This document shows positions 18,916-27,093 of a DNA stretch of 52,380 bases, piece after piece. Numbering within the stretch: position 1 is the first letter of the stretch; each line of letters starts with the position of its first letter. Position numbers and translations under genes: made by a program. The notes under the pieces are model-generated. The model saw nothing but the letters and a program-made list of their open reading frames with translations, made no database searches and was not told the DNA's origin. The DNA comes from Candidatus Bipolaricaulota bacterium (GTDB lineage: Bacteria > Bipolaricaulota > Bipolaricaulia > UBA7950 > UBA9294), in the NCBI GenBank assembly GCA_030670905.1, contig DAOVAR010000002.1, positions 1 to 52,380 on the forward strand, read 5' to 3'.

Positions 18916-20175
18916 ATGTCGAAGCAAAGCGCTATTGAAGCCAGGCTGCGCAGTGCCAGCCTTCCAGGACTGCCGAAAGAAAAGCTAGTTATCCCCGACT
19001 ATCGGGGTTTCTGCATTGATGCTATTCCCGATCTTGCATGTTCGTTGTATGGTCTCTCGAGCACAAGAGCGCCCTTGTTGAACTCGGAACTCTCTTCTTT
19101 GATTGATTCAGGGTTCAAGAGAGTGGTTCTATTTGTTATAGATGGATTGGGCTACCTGTACCTATGTGATCTTCTCGATCGTTTTGAGGACCTCTATTTG
19201 CATCGTCTGATAAGAGACGGGTTTTTCCTTCCACTTACTTCTGTCTTTCCTGCCACAACAGCGACTGCCTTGACAACCTATAGTACCGGATGTACGCCCC
19301 AAGAGCATGGGATGCTAGGGTATCGTCTGTACCTTAAGGAAACCTGCGCGATTACCAATATGGTACGTCTGTCGCTTCTGGGCAACAGTGAAAGCAACTC
19401 CGCGGTCAAAGCGGGAATGGATCTTGATACTTTCCTTGGAGTTCCTACGGTGTACGAGAAACTAAGGGCGATGGGCGTGCAGACGCATCTGATATTGAGC
19501 AAGCATATTGCGTCGAGTGGGCTGTCCTCAATTCTTTACAAGAGTGTTGACCGCGTTAGTCCTGTGTTTAATCTGTCGGATATGCTTGTCATCGCTCGTC
19601 GAGCGCTGGAACAGGCGAGTGATAGAGTCTTTGTGAGTCTTTATTGGGGAGCAATGGATGCCATTGCGCATACGTATGGGCCAGGGGGCGAGGAACTTGT
19701 CGCTGAGTTTCGGGCAATCGATGCGGCATTAGAGCGCGAGCTGAAAGGTAGCAAGGATACACTGTTGATTCTCTGTGCGGACCATGGATTTGTGGGGATG
19801 GAGGAGCCTGACTATCTGTCAATCTGTGACTATCCAGAACTAGAGCAAAATCTTGTCATGCCCCCAGTGGGAGAAACACGGGCCTCATATCTATTTGTAA
19901 AGACGGGTAAGAAAGCTGCTGTAGCCGGATGTATCAACAAAAACTTTCCCGCAGATATCGCATGTATTGACTCTCGAGATGCACTTGCTCAGGGTCTGTT
20001 TGGGCTGGGGGAGCCAGGGTCGCGGATCTATGATCGCATCGGTGATCTTATCGCTCTTTCCACGGGTAAGCGCGCTCTTTACTATCCATACAAGAACAGT
20101 GCCAAGCTCAGAGGGATGCATGGTGGGATGACGCCCCAGGAGATGCTTGTTCCACTCATCGCTTGTCCCTTGTAG
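18916..20175 (+). CDS. Alkaline-phosphatase-superfamily protein (COG1524 / type I phosphodiesterase-like)
   Basis: FVIDGLGY (metal-binding Asp), SVFPATTATALTTYSTG (Thr nucleophile region) and ADHGF are present. The ORF track begins at 18877, and ATG 18916 is an alternative start. Confidence 0.7.
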   Translation: MSKQSAIEARLRSASLPGLPKEKLVIPDYRGFCIDAIPDLACSLYGLSSTRAPLLNSELSSLIDSGFKRVVLFVIDGLGYLYLCDLLDRFEDLYLHRLIRDGFFLPLTSVFPATTATALTTYSTGCTPQEHGMLGYRLYLKETCAITNMVRLSLLGNSESNSAVKAGMDLDTFLGVPTVYEKLRAMGVQTHLILSKHIASSGLSSILYKSVDRVSPVFNLSDMLVIARRALEQASDRVFVSLYWGAMDAIAHTYGPGGEELVAEFRAIDAALERELKGSKDTLLILCADHGFVGMEEPDYLSICDYPELEQNLVMPPVGETRASYLFVKTGKKAAVAGCINKNFPADIACIDSRDALAQGLFGLGEPGSRIYDRIGDLIALSTGKRALYYPYKNSAKLRGMHGGMTPQEMLVPLIACPL

Positions 20176-20186
20176 GTGGAGGAATA

Positions 20187-20540
20187 ATGATTGTAAAAGG
20201 CAAAAGTAGAAAGGTAGCTGTGCTTGACCTTAGTGATGGAAAGACGGTTTGTAATACAACCAAGCAGATTCTAATAGGGCCGGATCAAGGCGCAAGCAAT
20301 TCTGTGATGCGTCTGTTTGTGCTCAAAGAAGGTGGCCACAGCCCGAGTCATTCCCATCCTTGGGAGCACGAGGTTTTTGTCCTGACTGGAAAGGGGAGAG
20401 TGAAATCTCAAGATGACGAAATCCCAGTTGAGAAGGGAGATTTTGTTTACGTACCTCCAATGGAGAAACATCAATTCCTAAACGCTGGCCCTACTCCATT
20501 CGAGTTCTTGTGCATTGTGCCTGCCGAGAACAAGAGGTGA
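20187..20540 (+). CDS. Cupin-domain protein
   Basis: It carries the HSHPWEHEVFVLTGKG cupin motif 1. ATG at 20187 is 5 nt after a GGAGG Shine-Dalgarno. Confidence 0.75.
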   Translation: MIVKGKSRKVAVLDLSDGKTVCNTTKQILIGPDQGASNSVMRLFVLKEGGHSPSHSHPWEHEVFVLTGKGRVKSQDDEIPVEKGDFVYVPPMEKHQFLNAGPTPFEFLCIVPAENKR

Positions 20541-20541
20541 T

Positions 20542-21597
20542 GTGAACAAGCGCGTCGTTGTCTGTATGAGCGGCGGCGTGGACAGCACTGTAGCCGCGCA
20601 TCTACTGCAAGAACAGGGTTATGAAGTTGAGGGAATCACTTTCTTGTTGTGGTCCTTTCCTGGGGCGCCCCATTACCTGGAGAGAGCGGGGCGTTGCCTG
20701 GCCAACACTACGAGTCTTGCTGCGGGCGAGCTTGAAATTCCTCATCATACGATCGATGCCAGCGCACAATTCTACGACCTTGTGTTACGCGATTTTGTCA
20801 AGCTCTCACTCCTTGGAGAGACCCCCAATCCTTGCGGCCGGTGCAATCGTTACTTACGTTTTGACCTTGCTCTGCATTATGCTGCTGAGCATGGATTTGA
20901 TCGGGTGGCGACTGGTCACCATGTGCAAATCATCAGGGCAGAGGATGGGCTGCTCCATCTTTGTAAAGGGAGAGATTCGCAGAAGGATCAGTCCTATTTC
21001 TTGTACGGGTTGAAGGCAGAGGATCTAGGTCGCCTTGTCTTTCCAGTGGGAGGGATGACCAAGAAGGAAGTGTTCGCCATTGCCGATGCTCGAGGGTTAC
21101 GCGCAGCATCCCTTCCGGAAAGCCAGGACCTCTGTTTTATCCAAGCGGGCCATGCCGATTTTCTGTTTTCAGCGAAGGATCTTACTCCTGGGCCAATAAT
21201 CGATCGGCAGGGAGATGTCCTTGGGAAACACAGGGGTCTCCCCTGCTATACTGTTGGCCAACGGCGAAGTCTTGGGATTACGGCAAAGCGCCCACTGTAT
21301 GTAATTGGCATTGATAAGACAAGAAACGCACTTATTGTGGGACAAGAGGAAGACCTTTACGCGAGCAGCCTTGTCGCTAGAGAGAGGCACTTTCTTACTG
21401 GAGAGGCCATGCGTGCTGGATCACGTGTTGGCGCAAAGATTCGTTACCGCTCACCGGCCTCCGCTTGTACTCTATGTCCTTTGGATAAAGAGCGATTCTC
21501 CATTCACTTTGATGAACCACAGAGAGCAATTACTCCTGGGCAGATTGTTGCCATCTATGATGGGGCACGCCTTCTTGGTGGTGGGATAATCGAATGA
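20542..21597 (+). CDS. mnmA: tRNA-specific 2-thiouridylase MnmA
   Basis: It has the PP-loop CMSGGVDS and the overall MnmA layout. GTG at 20542 follows an AGAGGTGA Shine-Dalgarno. Confidence 0.88.
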   Translation: MNKRVVVCMSGGVDSTVAAHLLQEQGYEVEGITFLLWSFPGAPHYLERAGRCLANTTSLAAGELEIPHHTIDASAQFYDLVLRDFVKLSLLGETPNPCGRCNRYLRFDLALHYAAEHGFDRVATGHHVQIIRAEDGLLHLCKGRDSQKDQSYFLYGLKAEDLGRLVFPVGGMTKKEVFAIADARGLRAASLPESQDLCFIQAGHADFLFSAKDLTPGPIIDRQGDVLGKHRGLPCYTVGQRRSLGITAKRPLYVIGIDKTRNALIVGQEEDLYASSLVARERHFLTGEAMRAGSRVGAKIRYRSPASACTLCPLDKERFSIHFDEPQRAITPGQIVAIYDGARLLGGGIIE

Positions 21598-21664
21598 AAG
21601 ACTCGATTGTTCTTCATTCTCTAGGCGTGTGAGGAATAGAAGAGCAAAGTGTATAATGATTCTC

Positions 21665-21752
21665 GGAGGGGTGGGCGAGCGGACTAAACCACCGGTCTTG
21701 AAAACCGGCGAACCATCGTGTTCCGCGGGTTCAAATCCCGCCCCCTCCGCCA
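21665..21752 (+). tRNA. tRNA-Ser (anticodon UGA), CCA encoded
   Basis: The cloverleaf was read by eye. The acceptor stem is GGAGGGG/CCCCTCC and the anticodon loop is CTTGAAA. It has a long variable arm, the T-arm GCGGG-TTCAAAT-CCCGC, discriminator G and CCA. Confidence 0.9.
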
Positions 21753-21837
21753 ACAGGGACATGAACTGCTAGTGCATCTTGCAAGTGAAATTCCGGGTTG
21801 TGCGATTGCATGACTATTGGGAAGAGGAGAGGAATTT

Positions 21838-23289
21838 ATGGCAGCACAAGGCGTAACTAAGCGCACTGAAGATTACTCCCGATGGTACACCGATGTGGTC
21901 AAGATGGCAGACCTGGCTGACTATGCAGCGGTTCGTGGGTGCATGATTATCAAGCCTTATGGGTACGAGCTATGGGAGAATATCAAGAGTGGGCTTGACA
22001 AACGATTCAAGGCCACCGGACATAGGAATGCCTACTTCCCGCTGTTCATTCCGATGAGCTTCATCGAAAAGGAAGCAAAGCATGTGGAGGGATTTGCACC
22101 CCAGCTTGCTATTGTTACCCATGCTGGGGGCAAGAAACTTGATGAACCGCTTGCCATTCGTCCAACATCAGAGACGGTGATCGGCCACGCCTATGCGCAG
22201 TGGATTCAATCCTATCGTGACCTTCCTGTTCTCATAAATCAGTGGGCGAATGTTGTTCGCTGGGAGATGCGACCACGTCTATTCCTGCGTACATCGGAGT
22301 TTCTATGGCAAGAGGGGCACACGGCACATGCTACCGAGGAAGAGGCGGAAGAAGAGACGATACGCATGCTTGATATCTACGCTGACTTTGCGGTGAAGGA
22401 TGCAGCGATCCCAGTGATCAAGGGAGAGAAGAGTAGGCAGGAGAAGTTCGCGGGCGCCAGCAGCTCGTTCACTATTGAGGCGATGATGGGGAATACCTGG
22501 GCTCTGCAATCCGGGACATCACACTACCTCGGCCAGAACTTTGCGCGTGCCTTTGATATTAAGTTTCTTGACGAGGAGAACAAACTCAAGTATTGCTATA
22601 CCACCTCATGGGGGGTGAGCACTCGCATGGTCGGCGGGATTGTCATGGCACACGGCGATGATAAGGGACTGCGTCTTCCTCCTAATCTTGCTCCGATACA
22701 GGTGGTGATTGTCCCTATCTGGCGGACTGTTGATCAGCGAGGTGTGGTGATGAAGGCGATCGATGACATACGTAGCGTGCTTGTGGATGCGGGCGTGCGA
22801 GTGCACATCGATAAGCGCGAGGGGATGACACCTGGGTTCAAGTTCAACGACTGGGAGATGCGCGGGGTTCCTGCGCGTATGGAGATTGGTCCGCGTGACG
22901 TTGAGAGCGGTACGGCAATCCTCGCACGACGTGACATGCAAGGGAAAGACGCGAAGCAGTCTGTATCGCAAGACGGGATTGCGCAGAGAGTCCTTGAGCT
23001 ATTGGCTGATATTCAGAATCACATGCTGGCACAGGCAACAGAGTTTCGCGATGCCCACCTACATCGGGCAAACTCCTACGATGAGTTAAAGGAGATTGTA
23101 ACCGATGGCTGGGCCCTCATTCCTCACTGTGGTGCTTCGGAGTGTGAGCAGAAGATTAAGGAGGAGACGAAGAGCTCATCGCGGTGCTACCCGATTACAG
23201 AGAACAAGGATTGGGATCCGCGTGGAAAAAGCTGTCCCATTTGCGGTAAGCCGGCAGTTGGTCTCGCTTATTTTGCTCGCTCCTACTAG
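21838..23289 (+). CDS. proS: Proline--tRNA ligase, archaeal/eukaryote-like type
   Basis: RPTSE and WANVVRWE motifs are present, and there is no bacterial INS editing domain. The C-terminal Cys-rich domain ends in ...FARSY. ATG at 21838 follows a GGAGAGGA Shine-Dalgarno. Confidence 0.9.
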   Translation: MAAQGVTKRTEDYSRWYTDVVKMADLADYAAVRGCMIIKPYGYELWENIKSGLDKRFKATGHRNAYFPLFIPMSFIEKEAKHVEGFAPQLAIVTHAGGKKLDEPLAIRPTSETVIGHAYAQWIQSYRDLPVLINQWANVVRWEMRPRLFLRTSEFLWQEGHTAHATEEEAEEETIRMLDIYADFAVKDAAIPVIKGEKSRQEKFAGASSSFTIEAMMGNTWALQSGTSHYLGQNFARAFDIKFLDEENKLKYCYTTSWGVSTRMVGGIVMAHGDDKGLRLPPNLAPIQVVIVPIWRTVDQRGVVMKAIDDIRSVLVDAGVRVHIDKREGMTPGFKFNDWEMRGVPARMEIGPRDVESGTAILARRDMQGKDAKQSVSQDGIAQRVLELLADIQNHMLAQATEFRDAHLHRANSYDELKEIVTDGWALIPHCGASECEQKIKEETKSSSRCYPITENKDWDPRGKSCPICGKPAVGLAYFARSY

Positions 23290-23505
23290 AGTTATAAAGC
23301 AATTATCCCCTTCCACAGTCTTAAATAGAGGCTGTTATGTGTCTTTGCCGAATTCAGCGGGACATGCCCCCCCCGATCCTAGAAGTTGGCGCAAGGATTT
23401 GCGCTGATGACGAGATCGTGTATGAAGATTGATAAGTCTCTCATCGATTCTTAGATATTCTACACCGAGGGAGGAAGAATAAATCAGGCCTACGGATGCC
23501 AAAAC

Positions 23506-24348
23506 ATGGCTGGCTATCTGCAGCGGGTTCTTGTCAAACGCCCTGATTCTGCATTTGCCGTAAGCGATGCGACAAAGTGGCACTACACCGGTGGGCCGAA
23601 TCTGGAGATTGCCCTGAAGGAACATGAGCGGCTTGTTGAGCTTTTGCATCGGGCTGGCACAGAGGTTATCTATCATGAAGAGCCACAACCTAAGAAGGCT
23701 GATGCGATCTACGTTCATGATCCCGCGCTTGTAACCGATAAAGGGGCGATCCTCCTGCGTATGGGGAAATTGCTTCGACGTGGGGAAGAAGAGGCGATTG
23801 GTCGACGATTTGAAAGCCTTGGAATTCCGATCTTCTACAAGCTGCATGGCGATGCCACCGCAGAAGGAGGAGATCTCTTGTGGATCGACCACGATACCCT
23901 TGCTGTCGGCCAAGGATTCCGCACCAATGCGGAGGGTTTGCGACAGCTGACGCTGGCGATGCGCACCCTGGAGGTAACGGTAATTCCAGTTCCTCTTCCT
24001 TACTTCAGGGGTCCTGATGCTTGCCTGCACCTGATGTCGTTCATCAGTATCATCGGAGAGAAGATTGCGGTCATCTATCCATCTCTTATGCCGATCCCAT
24101 TCTGGCAGGAGCTGAACAACCGCGAATTCAGCTATGTCGAGGTAACGGATGAGGAGTTCCCAACTATGGCGGCGAACGTTCTTTCCCTCACACCGACAAG
24201 CTGCGTGATGCTTGCCGGGAACCCGATTACCAAGAGGCGACTTGAACAAGTGGGATTCGAGGTACTAACCTATGTGGGCAAGGAGATCTCACTAAAAGCA
24301 GAAGGCGGCCCGACTTGCCTTACCCGACCGATCTTGCGCACTGGCTAG
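23506..24348 (+). CDS. Amidinotransferase-superfamily enzyme (dimethylarginine dimethylaminohydrolase / arginine deiminase-like)
   Basis: 280 aa with EGGDLLWI, GQGFRTN and the C-terminal catalytic-Cys context EGGPTCLTRP. Confidence 0.7.
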   Translation: MAGYLQRVLVKRPDSAFAVSDATKWHYTGGPNLEIALKEHERLVELLHRAGTEVIYHEEPQPKKADAIYVHDPALVTDKGAILLRMGKLLRRGEEEAIGRRFESLGIPIFYKLHGDATAEGGDLLWIDHDTLAVGQGFRTNAEGLRQLTLAMRTLEVTVIPVPLPYFRGPDACLHLMSFISIIGEKIAVIYPSLMPIPFWQELNNREFSYVEVTDEEFPTMAANVLSLTPTSCVMLAGNPITKRRLEQVGFEVLTYVGKEISLKAEGGPTCLTRPILRTG

Positions 24349-24354
24349 ATCAAT

Positions 24355-24615
24355 ACGTTGTGAGTGACGAGCCAAAAGTACAGGATTATGGATTAAGGGA
24401 GGAAAAATAGTCCAGAGTCCAGAGTCGAAAAACGGTGAAGTGTGACGCGTGATGGGTGAAAAGACAGCCAGGAGCTGGGAGTCGGGAGCCGAAAACAGTG
24501 AAAGGAAAAGAAGCGGTGAAATAATTGAGTAGGAGGATTGGACGAGCTGAAAGCTAACAGCTGATAGCTGTTTGCTGATGGCTGATAACTGAAGACTGAG
24601 AACTAATGACTGATG
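24355..24615. repeat. Mosaic intergenic repeat block, including 10 tandem heptamers (24546..24615)
   Basis: The heptamers read gctgaaa gctaaca gctgata gctgttt gctgatg gctgata actgaag actgaga actaatg actgatg. The upstream part is colinear with 49832..50024 and with the reverse complement of 140..280. Confidence 0.85.
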
Positions 24616-24738
24616 AACGGATCTGTAACGAGGGATGAAGCAGTGCCAAGTTGCGCAAGCTGCCCTAGTCGTTTTTCTAAGCCGTGTCACCGCGTAGTCG
24701 TATCGGGAACATGCAGAAACCCGCAAGACACCGCAAGG

Positions 24739-24767
24739 TTGACTGAAACTGCTCTCACATGTAGAAT
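24739..24767 (+). promoter_or_regulatory. Sigma-70-type promoter for the tRNA-Ser/tRNA-Arg pair
   Basis: TTGACT (24739..24744), a 17-nt spacer and TAGAAT (24762..24767). The mature tRNA 5' end is 11 nt downstream. Confidence 0.55.
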
Positions 24768-24778
24768 GGCTAGTAATT

Positions 24779-24871
24779 GGAGGGGTAGTCAAGAGGTCTA
24801 AGACAACGGTTTGCTAAACCGTCGATGGGTTCAGAGCTCATCCGCGGGTTCAAATCCCGCTCCCTCCGCCA
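24779..24871 (+). tRNA. tRNA-Ser (anticodon GCU), CCA encoded
   Basis: The acceptor stem is GGAGGGG/CTCCCTCC-type and the anticodon loop is TTGCTAA. It has a long variable arm, and its T-arm is identical to that of the other tRNA-Ser. Confidence 0.9.
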
Positions 24872-24876
24872 GATCT

Positions 24877-24950
24877 GCGCCCGTAGCTCAGTGGATTAGA
24901 GCGTCGCACTCCGGATGCGAAGGTCGGAGGTTCGAATCCTCTCGGGCGTA
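24877..24950 (+). tRNA. tRNA-Arg (anticodon CCG), CCA not encoded
   Basis: The sequence is GCGCCCGTAGCTCAGTGGATTAGAGCG...CTCCGGA...GGTTCGAATCC...CGGGCGTA. It is very close to the enterobacterial Arg-CCG sequence I remember. It lies 5 nt after tRNA-Ser. Confidence 0.9.
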
Positions 24951-25028
24951 TTCTCAGAACGTCGCTTTCCTACCGATTATTGAGACCTTGGCTACTGTGT
25001 ATTGTGAGATGCCGTCATTAATCTCTCT

Positions 25029-25058
25029 TTGCAGGCTTGTGGGCGCTCGGGTTAGAAT
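25029..25058 (+). promoter_or_regulatory. Candidate promoter of the C-N hydrolase gene, implying a leaderless mRNA
   Basis: TTGCAG (25029..25034), an 18-nt spacer and TAGAAT (25053..25058). The ATG at 25066 is only 7 nt downstream and has no Shine-Dalgarno. Confidence 0.4.
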
Positions 25059-25065
25059 GTAAGCG

Positions 25066-25848
25066 ATGATGGATCAGCAAGAACAACAAACGTTTACCGT
25101 GGCCCTTCTGCAACTGACAATTTCTCGCGAGAAGGATGCGGATTGGCCGAAACGGATAAACCGACTCCTCTCCCGGGTCGGTGAGGTAGATCTTGTAATC
25201 CTGCCCGAACTGTGGCGGGTTGGGTATTATAACTTCGCTTCCTACCATAGCAGGGCCGAGACACTAGAGGGTGAGACCGTCTGTTTCTTGGCAAAGCTTG
25301 CAGAGAATCTGCGAGCCTACGTGCTGGGGGGGAGCTTCATTGAGGAATGTGCTGGAAGTCTTTACAACACCGCGGTACTCTTGGATCGTGAAGGAAATGT
25401 TCTTGACTGTTACCGGAAGACGCACTTGCTTAACTATGGCTCTAAGGAACGAGCGATCCTCTCTCCGGGAGACGGCGGCAGGGTGGTGAAAACAGGACTA
25501 GGCAGTTTTGGCATTGCCATTTGCTATGACCTTCGTTTCCCTGAACTCTTCAGAGAAATGAGCGTGAAAGGCGCAGAAGTATTTCTCCTTCCGGCGGCTT
25601 GGCCGCTGAGTCGCATGGAGGCATGGGAAGTTCTTTGCCGGGCGCGAGCGACAGAGAATCAGGCTTATGTTATCGCTTGTAATAGTGCTGGCCGAGGACT
25701 GCTAGGCAGAAGCATGGTCGTGGATCCGTGGGGGGTTAAGATTGCTGCTTTGGGGAATGGCGAAGGAGTGCTTTGTACACAGATTGATCTTGCCGCGGAA
25801 GCGTGTTTCCGGAGTGAGTTTCCCGCGTGGCGCGAACGGACGAGCTGA
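25066..25848 (+). CDS. Carbon-nitrogen hydrolase (nitrilase superfamily)
   Basis: The Glu-Lys-Cys triad contexts are present: LPELW, YRKTHL and AICYDLRFPE. Confidence 0.8.
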   Translation: MMDQQEQQTFTVALLQLTISREKDADWPKRINRLLSRVGEVDLVILPELWRVGYYNFASYHSRAETLEGETVCFLAKLAENLRAYVLGGSFIEECAGSLYNTAVLLDREGNVLDCYRKTHLLNYGSKERAILSPGDGGRVVKTGLGSFGIAICYDLRFPELFREMSVKGAEVFLLPAAWPLSRMEAWEVLCRARATENQAYVIACNSAGRGLLGRSMVVDPWGVKIAALGNGEGVLCTQIDLAAEACFRSEFPAWRERTS

Positions 25849-25868
25849 TTACCCCAATGGAGCCCTTC

Positions 25869-25897
25869 TTGACATAACTTGACCGGCTACTTACACT
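25869..25897 (+). promoter_or_regulatory. Sigma-70-type promoter for tRNA-Leu
   Basis: TTGACA (25869..25874), a 17-nt spacer and TACACT (25892..25897). The tRNA starts 17 nt downstream. Confidence 0.5.
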
Positions 25898-25914
25898 GAT
25901 TTGGCATGTTGCTA

Positions 25915-26000
<86 letters not shown>

Positions 26001-26093
26001 TTATCGAAGAGTTTATGTTAGTTACCACGTTTTGTGACGACAAGATATCTGTGCCTCTAATAGCCATATTTCTGCCTTTGACCAAGGGCTTTC

Positions 26094-27086
26094 CTAGATA
26101 CGTACTGCAATGATGGCCAGACCAACGAACAGGACCTGGAGAATCCATAATCTAATTGTGATCTTTGGCTCTGCCCACTCTAGCTTGGGGAGAAGGTAGA
26201 CATAGTTAGTTCCGGTAGTGTGTTCGAAGTGGTGATGAAATGGGCTAACCTTGAAGATTCTTCGCCCTGTAAGCTTGAAGTAGGCGACTTGGAGGATTAC
26301 TGAACCTGATTCAACAACAAGCAAACCAGCGAGTAGAGGGAGGATAAGCGCTGTTCCGCTTACAAGGGCAATGGCAGCGACTACACCTCCCAGCGCAAAT
26401 GCCCCTACGTCTCCGAGAAAGAGCTGCGCCGGGTAGGCGTTTACCCACAGAAAACCAGCAAGTATTCCCAATAAGGGGATGATTGTCCAGTAGAATTCTC
26501 CGTCTAGAGAAAAGATAAGGTAACCACATAGGATGAGAATCGATACCCCGGTTGCCAGGCCATCGAGCCCATCAGTGAGATTCATACTGTTTGCTGTCGC
26601 CATGAAGGCCCCCCACAGCAGGAAGAATGAGAAAAGGGGCGATAGGGATAGAGTGATATGCGAAAATGGTACTTGAACCGGTACATGTAGTATCTGCGGA
26701 AAGGAGAAGAACAAGATCAGGGAAACAGCAGTTGTGAGGGCAACCTTCTGCCCAGCGGAAAGGCCGAGCGATCTGCTATTCCAGAGGGACAATAGATCAT
26801 CGGCAAGGCCAATCAGCCCCAGCGAGAAGCCGGCAACAACAACAAATAGGCCTTTCCAAGAGAGTGGTTGCCACCAGTAGTGAATCGCCAAGGCGCTCGC
26901 TACCCACACAAGGAGAATGACGATTCCTCCCATCGTTGGGGTTCCACTCTTCTTCTCGTGAATGTTGGGGCCGTATTTCCGAATTTGCTGTCCGAGCCCT
27001 GCTCTTCTCATGCCAGCAGCGAAGAGATGGGCAAGGGTTGCCGTTACTAGAGTAAGTAGAAGAGAGATACCAACAAGAAGACTCAT
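26094..27086 (-). CDS. mraY: Phospho-N-acetylmuramoyl-pentapeptide transferase
   Basis: All hallmark motifs are present: KKSGTPTMGG, GLADDLLSL, NSMNLTDGLDGLA, FLGDVGAFALGG and PFHHHFE. ATG at 27086 lies 7 nt after the upstream stop. The ORF-track alternative is GTG at 27122. Confidence 0.9.
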   Translation of the reverse strand: MSLLVGISLLLTLVTATLAHLFAAGMRRAGLGQQIRKYGPNIHEKKSGTPTMGGIVILLVWVASALAIHYWWQPLSWKGLFVVVAGFSLGLIGLADDLLSLWNSRSLGLSAGQKVALTTAVSLILFFSFPQILHVPVQVPFSHITLSLSPLFSFFLLWGAFMATANSMNLTDGLDGLATGVSILILCGYLIFSLDGEFYWTIIPLLGILAGFLWVNAYPAQLFLGDVGAFALGGVVAAIALVSGTALILPLLAGLLVVESGSVILQVAYFKLTGRRIFKVSPFHHHFEHTTGTNYVYLLPKLEWAEPKITIRLWILQVLFVGLAIIAVRI

Positions 27087-27093
27087 GGCTGGC

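Noticed and set aside
23335-24249. A 304-aa ORF on the minus strand, fully antisense to the amidinotransferase-family gene
   Set aside because: The plus-strand ORF carries recognisable family motifs (EGGD, GGPTCLTRP). The antisense translation is rich in Arg/Ser/Leu, has no recognisable motif and has no Shine-Dalgarno. It is most simply a chance open frame opposite a real gene.
24292-24792. A 166-aa minus-strand ORF, and the 83-aa ORF at 24811..25062
   Set aside because: The first is a read-through of the heptamer repeat block. The second overlaps two tRNA genes. Neither is plausible as a gene.
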